Shown here: positions 47,051 through 59,000 of the stretch, piece by piece
How positions within the stretch are numbered: position 1 is the first letter of the stretch
Layout of the letters: the number at the start of each line of letters is the position of its first letter
Notes under the pieces: generated by a model
What the model saw: only the letters and a program-made list of their open reading frames with translations
What the model was told of the DNA's origin: nothing
Database searches by the model: none
Translations under genes and position numbers: made by a program
Origin: a virus
Lineage: Duplodnaviria; Caudoviricetes
Strand: one strand, 5' to 3'
Length of the DNA stretch: 64,000 nt
IMG/VR virus record: IMGVR_UViG_3300020578_000034
Location: 23,842 to 87,841 of that record

Positions 47051-50000
47051 ATGGACGACTCAACAGAACAGGGCGATTGTTGTCCTATCTCGGGGGCGGA
47101 AATCGAGCAGAAGGGCATCGCCTTCGGTCCCAGACAGGTCCGTCCGGATAGTTTTGACGCATACGTTGACAAGGAATCGGCCCGCGCAAGGGCGCGGATG
47201 CTTGGGTGCATCGGAATACGACAATACAGCTCGACGGCGGGTGGCACCGTCTGGATGCCGTGCAGCAACGAGTCCGATTACAGGAAGGTGACCGGCCAGG
47301 ACAATTTGTCGCGGAGACAGCGCAGGAGGATGCTAAAAACCTTCTTCACCGACGGCCTGGAGACCAAGGCCCTCGGCTCAACCATCGGGGCAGTCAGCGG
47401 TCAGGTGAACACGAACCCGTTCACCGCCATAGACGCAGACCTGGACGGTCTCGTACTGGAGGGCCTGGCGCATATCAACATGGGCCGCGGGGTGCCCGAC
47501 CCTACGCCAGGAGGGGCGCAAATTCCATCGGCGCCGACGTCACCCCTTAGGCGGATGGACAGGTCTCCGTTCCAGGTCACCAACGATGATTTCGCCATTG
47601 CCGCAATGTCAAATAGGACGCGGCCGACGCAGGAAGTTCCAACGCCGCCCGTTCGCAAGCGCGATCGGAGAATGAATCGTCCGAGTGCGAAGCTGCGAAT
47701 GGAGCAGTACAGGGACAACGTGGAGGCGGCGCTGAAGGACGACCTGTTCGCCAATTCCTGGCAGAAGGCCGTCGCGGATTTTATCGACGCGGACGCATTG
47801 GGGGACGACGACTCCGACCAATACCTCAAACAAAACCTGTACTCCATCGTTGAGGACGTCGCCTCGAGGGTTGAGTCGGCGGTCGACGAGCAACCAGAGT
47901 TTTCCGTGCCGAGGGGTCGCACCCGAAGGGACGCCGCGGACGCAACTTCGGCGCGCCTGACGGCAAAGGTTCTCGGAACGGTGTCCGAATTGATGAACAA
48001 TCCGCCGGACGCCATGACCGGGAGGGACGACGTTGTCAGAAGACTTACGTCGTCGTTGTTGGAATCCGGAGCGAGGAGGGTTGCGGACACGGGCGGGAAG
48101 CCAGGCGTGTGGGCCTTCCTGATACAGGCGATACTCGGGGGCGCGATCGGAGTCCAGGGAGGCTGGGAGTTGCTGGCGAGGATATTCGGAATAGAGAATT
48201 CAACTGGCTGGATCCCCCACCCAACCGGCCGCAGCCTCGAAATCCTGTCACCCAGCCTTGCCAGACAAAGGTCCAACGAGGCAAGGTCGAGGGCCCTCGA
48301 GAGAGTCACGAGGACCATGGACGCCCTGCGCGACGCCGGTTTCGCGATAGCCGACGCCGGGGACATCCCGTCCGTCGCCGACGACATCGCAGAGGTATTG
48401 GACGGAGACAGGTCAACCGACCTCCCGGGTGACCTGTTGCCCAAGGACACCGCCAAGTCCAGCTCGCTCGACGAAGTGATCAGGAAAATGAGGGAAGCCA
48501 CTGGCATCAGGGACAGCGTGGCGACCAGGAGGCGCCGAGATCCGCGGACATACGTGGAGGAGGATTTGATCACCAGGAATCGCATGGATCTCGTCGGCAT
48601 TCCCACCGGGATCCTCGACGTCTTTGATTCCTCGTCGGTCCCCGCACCTACGCCGTCCGACGGTTCGGCTGCGAGATTGATCGCATCCGGTGGGGTCGAC
48701 GGCCTGAATCCGATGAACGCCAAACTGCTGTACGACGCCATGAGCGACCAAAACTTCCTGCGAACCTTCGTCGCCCCGACCGACTCTCCGTACGCCGCGC
48801 AACTGGCGACCCTTGTCGAGCAGGGGAGGCTGCCGAAGGTGGCGGCGGCGATACTCGAGATGTCGCCGGAGTCAGTGGAGGATTTCCTTGCGGTCAACCC
48901 GAGACCACTGATCCTGTCGGCAAGATCGGCCAGGAAGAAGTTGAGACCCGCCGGCTCGTGGGTGACCCGCATAGACCACGATCCGTTTGAGGTCGCGGCC
49001 CACCTCATGCGGGCGAAGGACTACCACATTTCGGCGATAGCCAACGGCTCGGACTCGCCCGTCCTCCTCGACGCCGTGGACGAGCTGGTCGGCAACAACG
49101 CCTCCGAGACCTCCGCCATCTTCTCGGCGATGGTGGCCAACAACAAGCAGAGATTGGCGGACGCATACGACGGGTCGTTGCAACTGGCGCGGTCGGGGAA
49201 CGGGCTCCTGATGGCGGCGAGAAACCTGATATCAAACGCGACAGAGAACGATTCAACATGGAGCGCCTCACGCAACGCAATCACCCAGGCGTCCAGGGCG
49301 ATGGTCTCCGCAGGAGACGTCTCTGCGGGAATGACGAACACCGCGTCAAGGTACGGAAGGAACTACCCGAGGCACAGACGCAAGAGCGGCGACTGGTCGC
49401 CAATAGCCAACAAGATACGAGACTCGATCAAGCGCTACAAGTCCCGGTATGGCGCCCCAGCGGCGAACTCGGCGGACTTGGCGAGGTTCGTGGACTTCTC
49501 CTACCCCGAACTCCTCGACGAGGCGGCCGAGCTGATCGACCTGATGAAGCAAAAAATAGAATTCGGATCCCTCGCCATGGCCGATTACGCAAGCGACGGG
49601 TGGAGGAACAGGGACGTCGCCGAGCTGGCCCTTGACGAGTTTGACCCGACGAACCTTGAGTCCATATTTGACCCGGGTAGCAGGATGGGCCTGCTGAAGG
49701 CGATCGGCGTCAACCTGGCGGCGGCGGCCAAGATGGCGCCGTCGCGATCCGAGCGAGACGGGGTGATGGACATCCTCGACGAGGTGAACTCCTGGAGCTT
49801 CACCGTCCTCCCGCTGTACACGGAGCCGAGGTCCGTCACATCGCGTCGCAGAGGAATTTTCCCGAGCGTCTCCGCCGACGCCGAGGCTGGCATGACGGTC
49901 AACAGGGGGGTCCCGGAGGACATCAGGCAAACGCTCATGTCAAGATCCGCACCGCTCGGATCCGGAACTGAGGGAACGCCGAAGATCCGCATGAGAAGAA

Positions 50001-53000
50001 AGTTGATAGAGAGGGCCAACGAGTTGCTCGCGGCAAAGCAGTCAGACGACCTCGTGGACAGGATCGGCATGGACCCGAAGGGGCCAGTGATTGACATAGC
50101 AGAGACGTTCCTCGTGACTGCGGAGCAATTCCGGTGGGACCAGCAGACCACCGCCTCCTTCTACGAGGACGTTGCGGAGATGATGAACGAGATGGTCCAG
50201 GAAGTTCCGAATCCCAAAAAGCGCCAGCTCCTGGCCGACATGTTCACCGACGCCCTTGAGGACATCGCAGAGAACATGGATGACGGCAACACGGAATTTT
50301 TCGCGAGTACGGGGGACATCCCGTCGAGGACGGTGGGCAGACTGGCGCGCAGGCTAGGACGGACCGATCAGCCACGCGCGCGATCCGACTCCGAGGCCGG
50401 CATGGTCGGCCCGGACGACGAGCCGCGCGCCATCGTCGAGCCGATGCCGGAATTCCCGGACGACGAACCGCGCGCCATCGTCGAGCCGATGCCGGAATTA
50501 CCGCCTACGCCGCCGAGGAGGAGGATGACGGACGGGGAAATGGTCACCATCTACGGCGAGGTACAGCGCATCTTCCGCTCGCTCGACAACCCGAACATTT
50601 CCAAGAACCCAAACGACGCGGCTTCGTGGAGAGAAAAGATGAGGGCGGCCGGAATCAACATTCCGTTCTCCTCCGATGAGGGCCTGGACGAGGTCGCCGA
50701 CCAGACGCTCCCCGATGCGCCCGACGACCCGCGAGCAGTGTTCTCGGATCCCTTCGCAGGCGTGTCCCAAGACGCGGTCCGGTACCTCGACGACCTGATG
50801 TCCATAGTCCTAGAGGAAATAGGGGCGAGCGTCAGCAGCACGACAGAGGATTTTGTAAGGGACCTCAGGAGGAGGACTGGTGTGAGGAACTCCTCGGAGT
50901 TCCACGACTTGGTCCGCGCGCTGAGCACCAGCGACGGCAGGGCCACCCTCGCGGATTTCTCCGAGCAGGTGATGGAGAACAACTACTTGACCACCTCGGC
51001 CATCAAAAAGAGGATGACCGACAGGTTCCCGGATTTCTACGACGTCATGGACTACTCGGGCTCTGGCGGCGGCGACGCGGAGGCGGGCATGTCGGGCCCG
51101 ATCGTCGACAGGATAAGGGAGAGGTACGTCGCCCAGAGGAAGATAAGGGAGCTCGGGGGTGTCGCCAAGATGAATGACGAGAAGGACTACAAGATGCGGC
51201 AGACGGAGGCGAGGCGACGCAGGCTCCTGTCGATGACGGAACCCGACGGCTTTTTCGACTTCGTGACGAGGGGCGTCACGGACCAGAGGTCCCCCCTCTA
51301 CCTGAGACCCATAGCGGAACGCATGGGTGGCCTGTACAAGTACATCAAGGAAATGTCGGATGCGCAGGTTGACGCAACCTGGCAGGCCCTGGAGAATTTC
51401 GTCAATCAAGCGAGGCGCGACATGTTCACCGGCGGCTTGTCGTCCCCGTACATGACGCTCTACAACGCGGCGAAAGCCAAGACAACGATGGACGACCCGG
51501 ATTTCAGGCCCGATGGGGGGAGATTCAGCGACGACGAGTTGCTGTCGAAGATGGAGATGAATTCTTGGGATGAGATTCTGCCGCCCCCGCTGGACATGAC
51601 GATATCCGAGTCCGATATTGATGCGGTGCCGTCATTCAAAGCGAAGGCGCAGGCAGCCCTGGAGGTGCTAGCCATCGACAGGGCGCAGCTGATGGAGCTT
51701 CTCACTGGTGCGGAGACCTCGGAGGAAGCAAGAGGAAAACTTTCGGAGGAGGTGGAGACCCAGGAAAGAAACGTAAGACAGACGATCGCAAAAAGGGCGG
51801 GGAAGGTCGAGTACGTCCCGACCCAGCTCCACATGGAGCAGATAGCGGCAGCAGACGCAATAACTCCGCTCGACTCGGAGTCCCTCGTTGCGTTCGTGTC
51901 AACTCTCGACGGCGCACAGCTCTCGTACGTGTCGTCGGCATCAATCTCCACGGAACAGGCGAAGGAACTCGTCAAGGCGGAATCACGGGCGATATCGTTC
52001 GCCAGCGCCTCAAGGAAGTTGTTCGCCATCAGGAGCCTCGCCGACCTGGAGCCAGAAGAGGCGACCTTTTTCAGGAGCAAGGCGTCGCAGCTGATCGGGG
52101 ACGCGACCATCAGCGAGCCGGTCAAGAAACTGATAACCGCGGTCGTCGGCGACGATGACGTAGCCGCATCGCAAGCCCTCTCGGAGATTGAGCCGACGGA
52201 CGACAACGAAAACAGCCTCGTGAAGGTCATGTGGGAGATGGGTCGCAATTCCAAGGGCACGTTCGTGACCGCACTGCTGCCACCGAGCATCGACGAAGCC
52301 GAGAGGGATGCCACGCTCAGGGCGAAGGCGCTCGGCGTTCTCAAGTCGCAACCAGACGGCGGGAGGGCAATGGCCCGCAGAACGATTGACCACCTCCCGA
52401 AGGACGGCAGGGGGTACGAGCCGGTGCGCGTCGTGCCCGAACCGGGCGAGGGAGAGGCGAAGATCATCAGCTTGGCGGAGGCGATCCGGGCCTACGACGG
52501 AACCCCCGAATCGGCAGCGAAGATAGTCGAAGCGATGACCGACTCGCAGATCGAGAGACTGAGGAACAACTACATAATCCCGTCGATCATCCAGCGGATG
52601 GACAGGAAGGCCTACGAGGCGAGGCTGGAGCAGAGCTCCATAGCGCAGACCAGGGCGAGAATAGACAACCTCGGCAGACGCCTGGAGTTGCTCACCTTCG
52701 GAACGGTGGATTCGGGGAACACGGTTGAGGAAATCATCTCAAGGACGGACGAGGCACTGTCAAAGGCGTTCGGCGACAAGGTCTCAGACTTGTCCATGTT
52801 GACCCGCGAGGAGCGCAGTTATTACGGCGACATAATCGATTACTTCATCTCCGGTGGCACTGAAATCTTCGATGACCCGTCGCAGTACGGGATGGCGTCG
52901 CGGGCCATGAAGGAAGCGACTGCGGAAGTCCCAGAAAATCCGACACTCCCGCCGCTCGACCCGAACCCCGACGCGCCCCCACCGCCAGACGACGGGAGCG

Positions 53001-56000
53001 TAACCAACGTCGCACCGGACGCGCCCAAGTCGGATGACGACGGATTCTGGGACTCCATGGGCATCGAGGCGGGCATGGCGCCACCCACCCCGGGGCCTCC
53101 GGTGCCACCGGATGAGCCGTCGAAACGCAGGCTTGAAGCCATGCCCGAGGAGACGGCGCGCAAGTTGTTCGGCGACGACATAGCCGGTTTCGTGCGGGAG
53201 GGAACGTGGACCTTCGGGGACCCGACCTTCCCGCGGACCGCGATCCCCGAAGAGGCCACGTTGGCCCGGAAGGTTATTTCAGCCCTGTTCGCCGTCCAGC
53301 AGGGGGAGATGCCGGACGACGTCGCCGAGCGCATGAGGTCGGAGGGAATTTACTCGGCGGCCCAGCTGATCTTCAGGGCCCTGTCGGCGCGGACGCTCGA
53401 GAAAATCAGGAACATGCCGGACCCACCCTACGACTTCCCGGCTGGCCCATACGACCCGAGGAGCGACAAGGACAAGGACAGGCAGTCCTTCTTCCTCGCG
53501 GCGATGCAGGAATACGTGTCACTGCACCTCGCCCTCGGCGGCGGTGCGTTGCCCATTTACGACGACGCACCGGGCAGGGAGCCGTCTCGCTACTCATTCG
53601 AGCTCACCAGGGAAGACTTCCAGATGGTCATACAGGATGACGATCTGATGAACTACAGGCTGATCTACAACCCGGGTCAGCCCAACGAGGCTGTCCGCGC
53701 GGACGAGGCGGTCGTAGCTAGGGAAGAATTCGTCGGCGACCCGTCGGAGCACCCCCTCATCCAGTCGATCGACCGTACACTGAGCCACCTCAGACGGCAG
53801 TTCCCCGCCTTCAGTGACTGGTTGGATCAGGACAACAGGTATTCGAGAATCCTCGGGGGAATGCACTACGAGAAGCTGGATGACAGCGGGCAGCCCCGCT
53901 TCGGTACGGGAATAATCGATTTGGTCAGGGCCGACCCTTCCTCAATGGATTTGGAAAAGGTCATCCGCGAGGTCGTCGATCAGTTTGTCGATCAACACAG
54001 TTTGCTCGGGGTGGACGGCTCCAGGTTGGTCGCCGACGCGCGCAGCCTCGGCCCGGACCCCGACGACGCCAGTCCTTTCCCGAGCATGACCTCTTACCCA
54101 AGCCCGGACTACGTGGAAACCTTCTCCAAACCGGCCGCGGACATTGCGAGGCACAAGAAGATAGCCACGTCGACGGCGAAGGCGAGCGCCGCTGCTAGGC
54201 AATCCTGGTGGACCATGTTCACCACCGGAACGTTGATGGACCAGTTCGAGATAGCAGCCGTCGCCGTGACGGACAAGGGCGACAACTTCCACCCCGATGC
54301 GATACTTGCCGGCCTGAGGAAATACGCCAGGGACAATAACCTCGCTGGCCAGTTTGACGCGTACCTCGGCGCGGCGCAGGCCGCCGCCTCTGCGAGATTC
54401 AACTCGGTCGCCCTGCAAACGATACAGAACACCCTCAACGAAATGGCCAGGAATAGAGGAGGAATAAAGGGTGAGCTGTTGAGACTGGCCAAGCTCCAGA
54501 AGACGCTCGAGAAGCATTACAAGGAGCTCAGTCGCCACTATCAGGACAGGATCAGGGCGAAGATACAGAGCATCTACTCCGCCTGGGCGTTGTTGTATGG
54601 CTCGTGGGTCGACGAGAGGAAGCTCGTCGACGGAAAAGTTGCCAAGGGACAGATGACCTCGCAACAAGCCGTCGATCATCTGCAAAAACTGTATTTCGAT
54701 ATGCAACCGACGATGTACGCTGCCGTCAACATGATCGCGGACCTGAGCAGGAAGGCCGCCGCCTCAGACCGCGCGCGCACGGCCGTCGAGAGGCAACAGG
54801 AGGAGATACGCGAGAGAATCGAGGAGATCAGGGAGGCGGCGCGCCTGACGGGCAGGGACGCCGAGGCCGGCATGGCCCTGATGAGGGGCATCAACAACGC
54901 CTTCGACAACCTCGCCGAGGACCCTTCCGGTCTGTCGGACGACTACAAAGCCGGCTCATCAATCGGGCGCTCCACGTTCGGCGTGGTCGGCGGCGACAGG
55001 GTCGGGGCACCGCGGGCGAGACGGCTGCTCACGACGAACGAGAAGAAGCTCGCGTCCGCGATCTCGAGGATGAACGACATGTTCTCGCAGAACAACGTTG
55101 ACGAGATCGGGCAGGTGCCGAGCATCCGGGCCGCCATGGAGACTTTGAGAGGGGGACGCCCCGACAGGGTCGTGCCGCAGATTCGCACGGGGGATCCGGG
55201 CGAGATCGAGCAGGCGAAGGTCACCGCCGCGATGATGATGAGGGCCGACGCGGAGGCGGAGGCGACGACCCGGAGGATATTGGGCGCGCGCTTCAAGCGG
55301 TTCTCCGATCTCGCCATGAACACGCTGCCGGGCCTCACGAGGAGGGTGGTCGAGGACATAGTGGTCGACGGCGTCGCCGAGGCCATGCGGGCGAACGCCG
55401 TCAGGGAGGCAGACCTGGACGCGGCGCTGACGATGTACTCGGAGGCGATCCGCAACGTGAAGTACATGTCTGTGTTCAACCCAGTCCAGAGAACGGCCGA
55501 CATCCTCAACCTGGAACCCGACGACGTGTCCGACGCAATAGCCACGGAGAGCATGATCCTGAAGACGAGCAATCTGCTCAGGATGGCCCAGTCGTATGCG
55601 TCAAGCCTCTCCGGTGCCTACGGCAGGAACTCCGTGCTCCGGATGACCAACAACAGGTTCCCGGAGCTGAGAAACTTCGGCTCGCTCTTCCTTGAATCAA
55701 TTTTTGCCTCGCCGTCGGATGCGTCGTCGCGCAAGCTGAATTCGGCGATCTCGTTGAACAAACTCATGAGGTTCAACTCCCGCGCTGCGGCGGCGGCTTT
55801 CGGCGTCTCCGACGACGTCGCCCAGGTCATTTCGGCATCGGCGGCGCCACGGACGCGACCCACCGAGCTGAGCAACCCGCTGCCGCACGACTGGAACTTC
55901 ATGACGTTCCGTGACAGGCAGTCTTGGCTCGGTTCCGAGGAGGCCTTCAACTCGCTCGGGAGGGCGGGGGTAAACGACGAACTTAGCAAGCTGCAGTCGC

Positions 56001-59000
56001 AAATCGAGGATTTCGGGTCAATGGACGGCCCGTACCCTGCGCTAGCCCGCATCATCACGGGCAACGCCACGGGCACCGGGGCGTTCGGCAGGCAGCTGAT
56101 CACGGCCGACGGAAGAAGCCCGATCTTCTCATCAGTCGGTTTCGGCCGGGGCGACATGGTGCGAAACGGCAGGAACCAGATCTCGGCCCTCATGGGTGCG
56201 GTGCCCGGGATATCCCAGATGTCGGACAGGGCTCTCAGTCGGTTCCTCGGCGCGCCGTACGACGTCGTCGCCGAGTTCAGGAGGGATGGAGCCGCCGCAT
56301 CGCCGGAAGCCGCGGAGCGCCTGGCGCTCGCCTTCGGAAAGATCTCGTCCGAGGTGTGGCCGCCAGACGCGCCGCAATCGGATGCCGACCCAGGAAACTT
56401 CTACTGGCTCGGGTCGACCTGGGACAGGTCGGGCGAGATAATTGCGGCGATAGGCGAGGGGGCGGACCAGTACGCGGTCGCCGCCGACATGCCGAACGGG
56501 CAGTTCGTCGCAGAGAGGGTGACGCAACTGGTCGAAGACGGAACGGTGGGACGGTTCTACGACCAGGTCGGGCTGGAGGAGATAACGACCGAGGATGCTC
56601 AGTCATTCGTCGCTTCAATCGCACCGAGGAGCAGGAAGGGAGTCGTGGAGATACTGGCGTCCTCCGGATACAGGGAGCAGGACATAATCGACGCGACTGG
56701 ATTCAACCCCAACACGGTCAGGAACTCGTTGCACGAGCTGAGGAAACAGGGCCTGCTGCCCGAGGTGGTCGGCTCACCGAGGTGGATAGCGCGCAACGGC
56801 GACGCGGTTGTCGCCGACTTCTCGTCGGGTCTGTCAAAGCGCGCCCTCATGAAGAAGTACGGAATAGGCGCGAAGACCCTGGACTCGATAATCGGGTCGT
56901 CGCGCGACGGATCAAGGATGGACGACGCCTACGGCGACGCCGAGGCGGGGATGTCAAACCGCAGGTTGCCCGACAATACCCCGATGTCGGACGGACCGCA
57001 GCCCGACTGGAGGGACGAGAGGCAGACGAGGGCCGACGGAACGCTGGTGGACCGCGAGACGCAGAGCCCGCCCGCGAACGTCGCCAACCCCTTCGTCACG
57101 CCAGGTTCCCCCGCCTCGCTCGGTCTCAACGGCGAGATCAAGGACCCAGAGAGGATGCAGAACTGGGCGAGGGCGTTGTCAGCCTGGATCTCGTTCGCGC
57201 TCGAGGGGGGCTACTTCAAGAACCGCACGGAGGAAATGTCCCAGAGCGAGCTGATTATGGCCGGAATTTTCGGCGACAGCGGGAGCCCGGGCTTCGAGGA
57301 GGCCGAGTTCGAGATCGGCATGACCGACCCCGTTCGGGGCAAGAGGTTCAAGGCCTTTGAGATCGCAACTCGGCAGGACAACCCCGCCAACGAGCTGTTG
57401 TCCGTCAACGCAGTGCCCTCGATCATCCGCCCCCAGTTCGACGCGACCGGGGTTTACACGGGAATACTGCCGATGCTGAGGGGGATGATCCTCGCCACCT
57501 ACGACAAGTACTTCAAAAAGTTGTCCGACCGGGAAATGGGATCGTGGGAGGGGGTCAGCACCCAGGACCTCGTGGATGCCGGTCTGCTTGACGAGCCGGA
57601 AATGCCGAGGGACGCGAGCGACGAGCTCCGCCTCAAGTTGTGGCAGCTCAGGCAGATGATGCGAAACCCGAACATGGTCGACGCACCCCCGCTATTCGAG
57701 CCGGGCGACGAGGTGGTCATGCGCACGATCATCCCGTTGATGGCCAACGCCGACGAGATGAACACGATGCGCGCCCAGCACGGCGCGTCCCCCGAAGGAA
57801 TCCTCGGAGACCCAGCGGACAGGATTCAGTCGTCCACCATCAGCGGCGTGGAACTCTGGCGTGGGACCAGGGACGCAGAATTCGAGGAGATGGCCCTCAC
57901 GGGCGTCCCAATGTTCTCGAACCTGCTGCTCGGCTCCGTCGTGACGGGCGATCTCGGGGCGAGGAAGATCGTGGACAACCTCACGCCGCGGCAGATCATG
58001 CTCTCCAACTGGGTGTACGGGATGTACACGGCCCTGGAGCCACTGGTGAACGCGTTCGCCGAAATGATGCCGATGAAACGGTTCCGCTCCGCCTCCCCCA
58101 ACCTCCCGGACGAGCCCGGCGCAAGCATCATGCTCGGCGACCCGTTGTACCTCCCGACCAGGGAGGTCGACGACCAGGTGTTCGCCTTCGCGTTCGACTC
58201 GTTGTTCAAGGCTTTGCAGGGAGTCTCGGAGTCACCCGAAATGACGATCCTCGAGTCTCTCCCGAGCGGGGAGTTCGAGCAGCTCTACGGTGGCGACCCC
58301 GGCACAAACCCGTCCAAGGCGGAGGCGCTCAGGATGTCCACGAAGGTTCTGGCCCGCATCTTGGCCGACGTCCTCGCGACGGGCATATACAGGAAGGCCG
58401 TTCAATCGATTGCGAAGGACGACGACGGAAGGACGTCGCCCTTCTACAAGGAAGAGATGCAAACCGACTGGTTCAGGTTGGCGAGACCGAGGGTCGACTC
58501 GTTCGGCTACTGGTCGATGTACGGGCCGAACATCGTCTACGCCGGCACGGGTGGAGACATATACGAGCCGGGGTGGAACGACCAAACCAACCCGATTTCG
58601 GAACTTGGAAGGAACGGAGCGCAGCTGGCCGCCGACGCCGTCAAGGCGGACAAGGAGGCAATGCTCCAGCTCCAGAGGGTGATCGACGAGACCCCGGGCA
58701 AATACTGGTGGGAAACCGAGGCCGCGTACGGGGAACTCACCGACGACCAGATACTGAACATGCACCCGGAGGAGTTTGCCGATTACGTCGCATCCCTGTC
58801 GATGTACGGCGAGGGCGAGCTGGATGACGAGAAGGCGAGCCAGATGCTCACGAGACTCGTCGGACGACTCTCCGCAATGGGTTACCCGAAGGCCGAGCTC
58901 GACCGATTCGACGAGTGGATCGGGCCGATCATCTCTGGGATGCCGGAGGGGACGGTGACCAAGGAGTCCGTTCTCCGCCAACTGAAGAACATTTTCCCGT

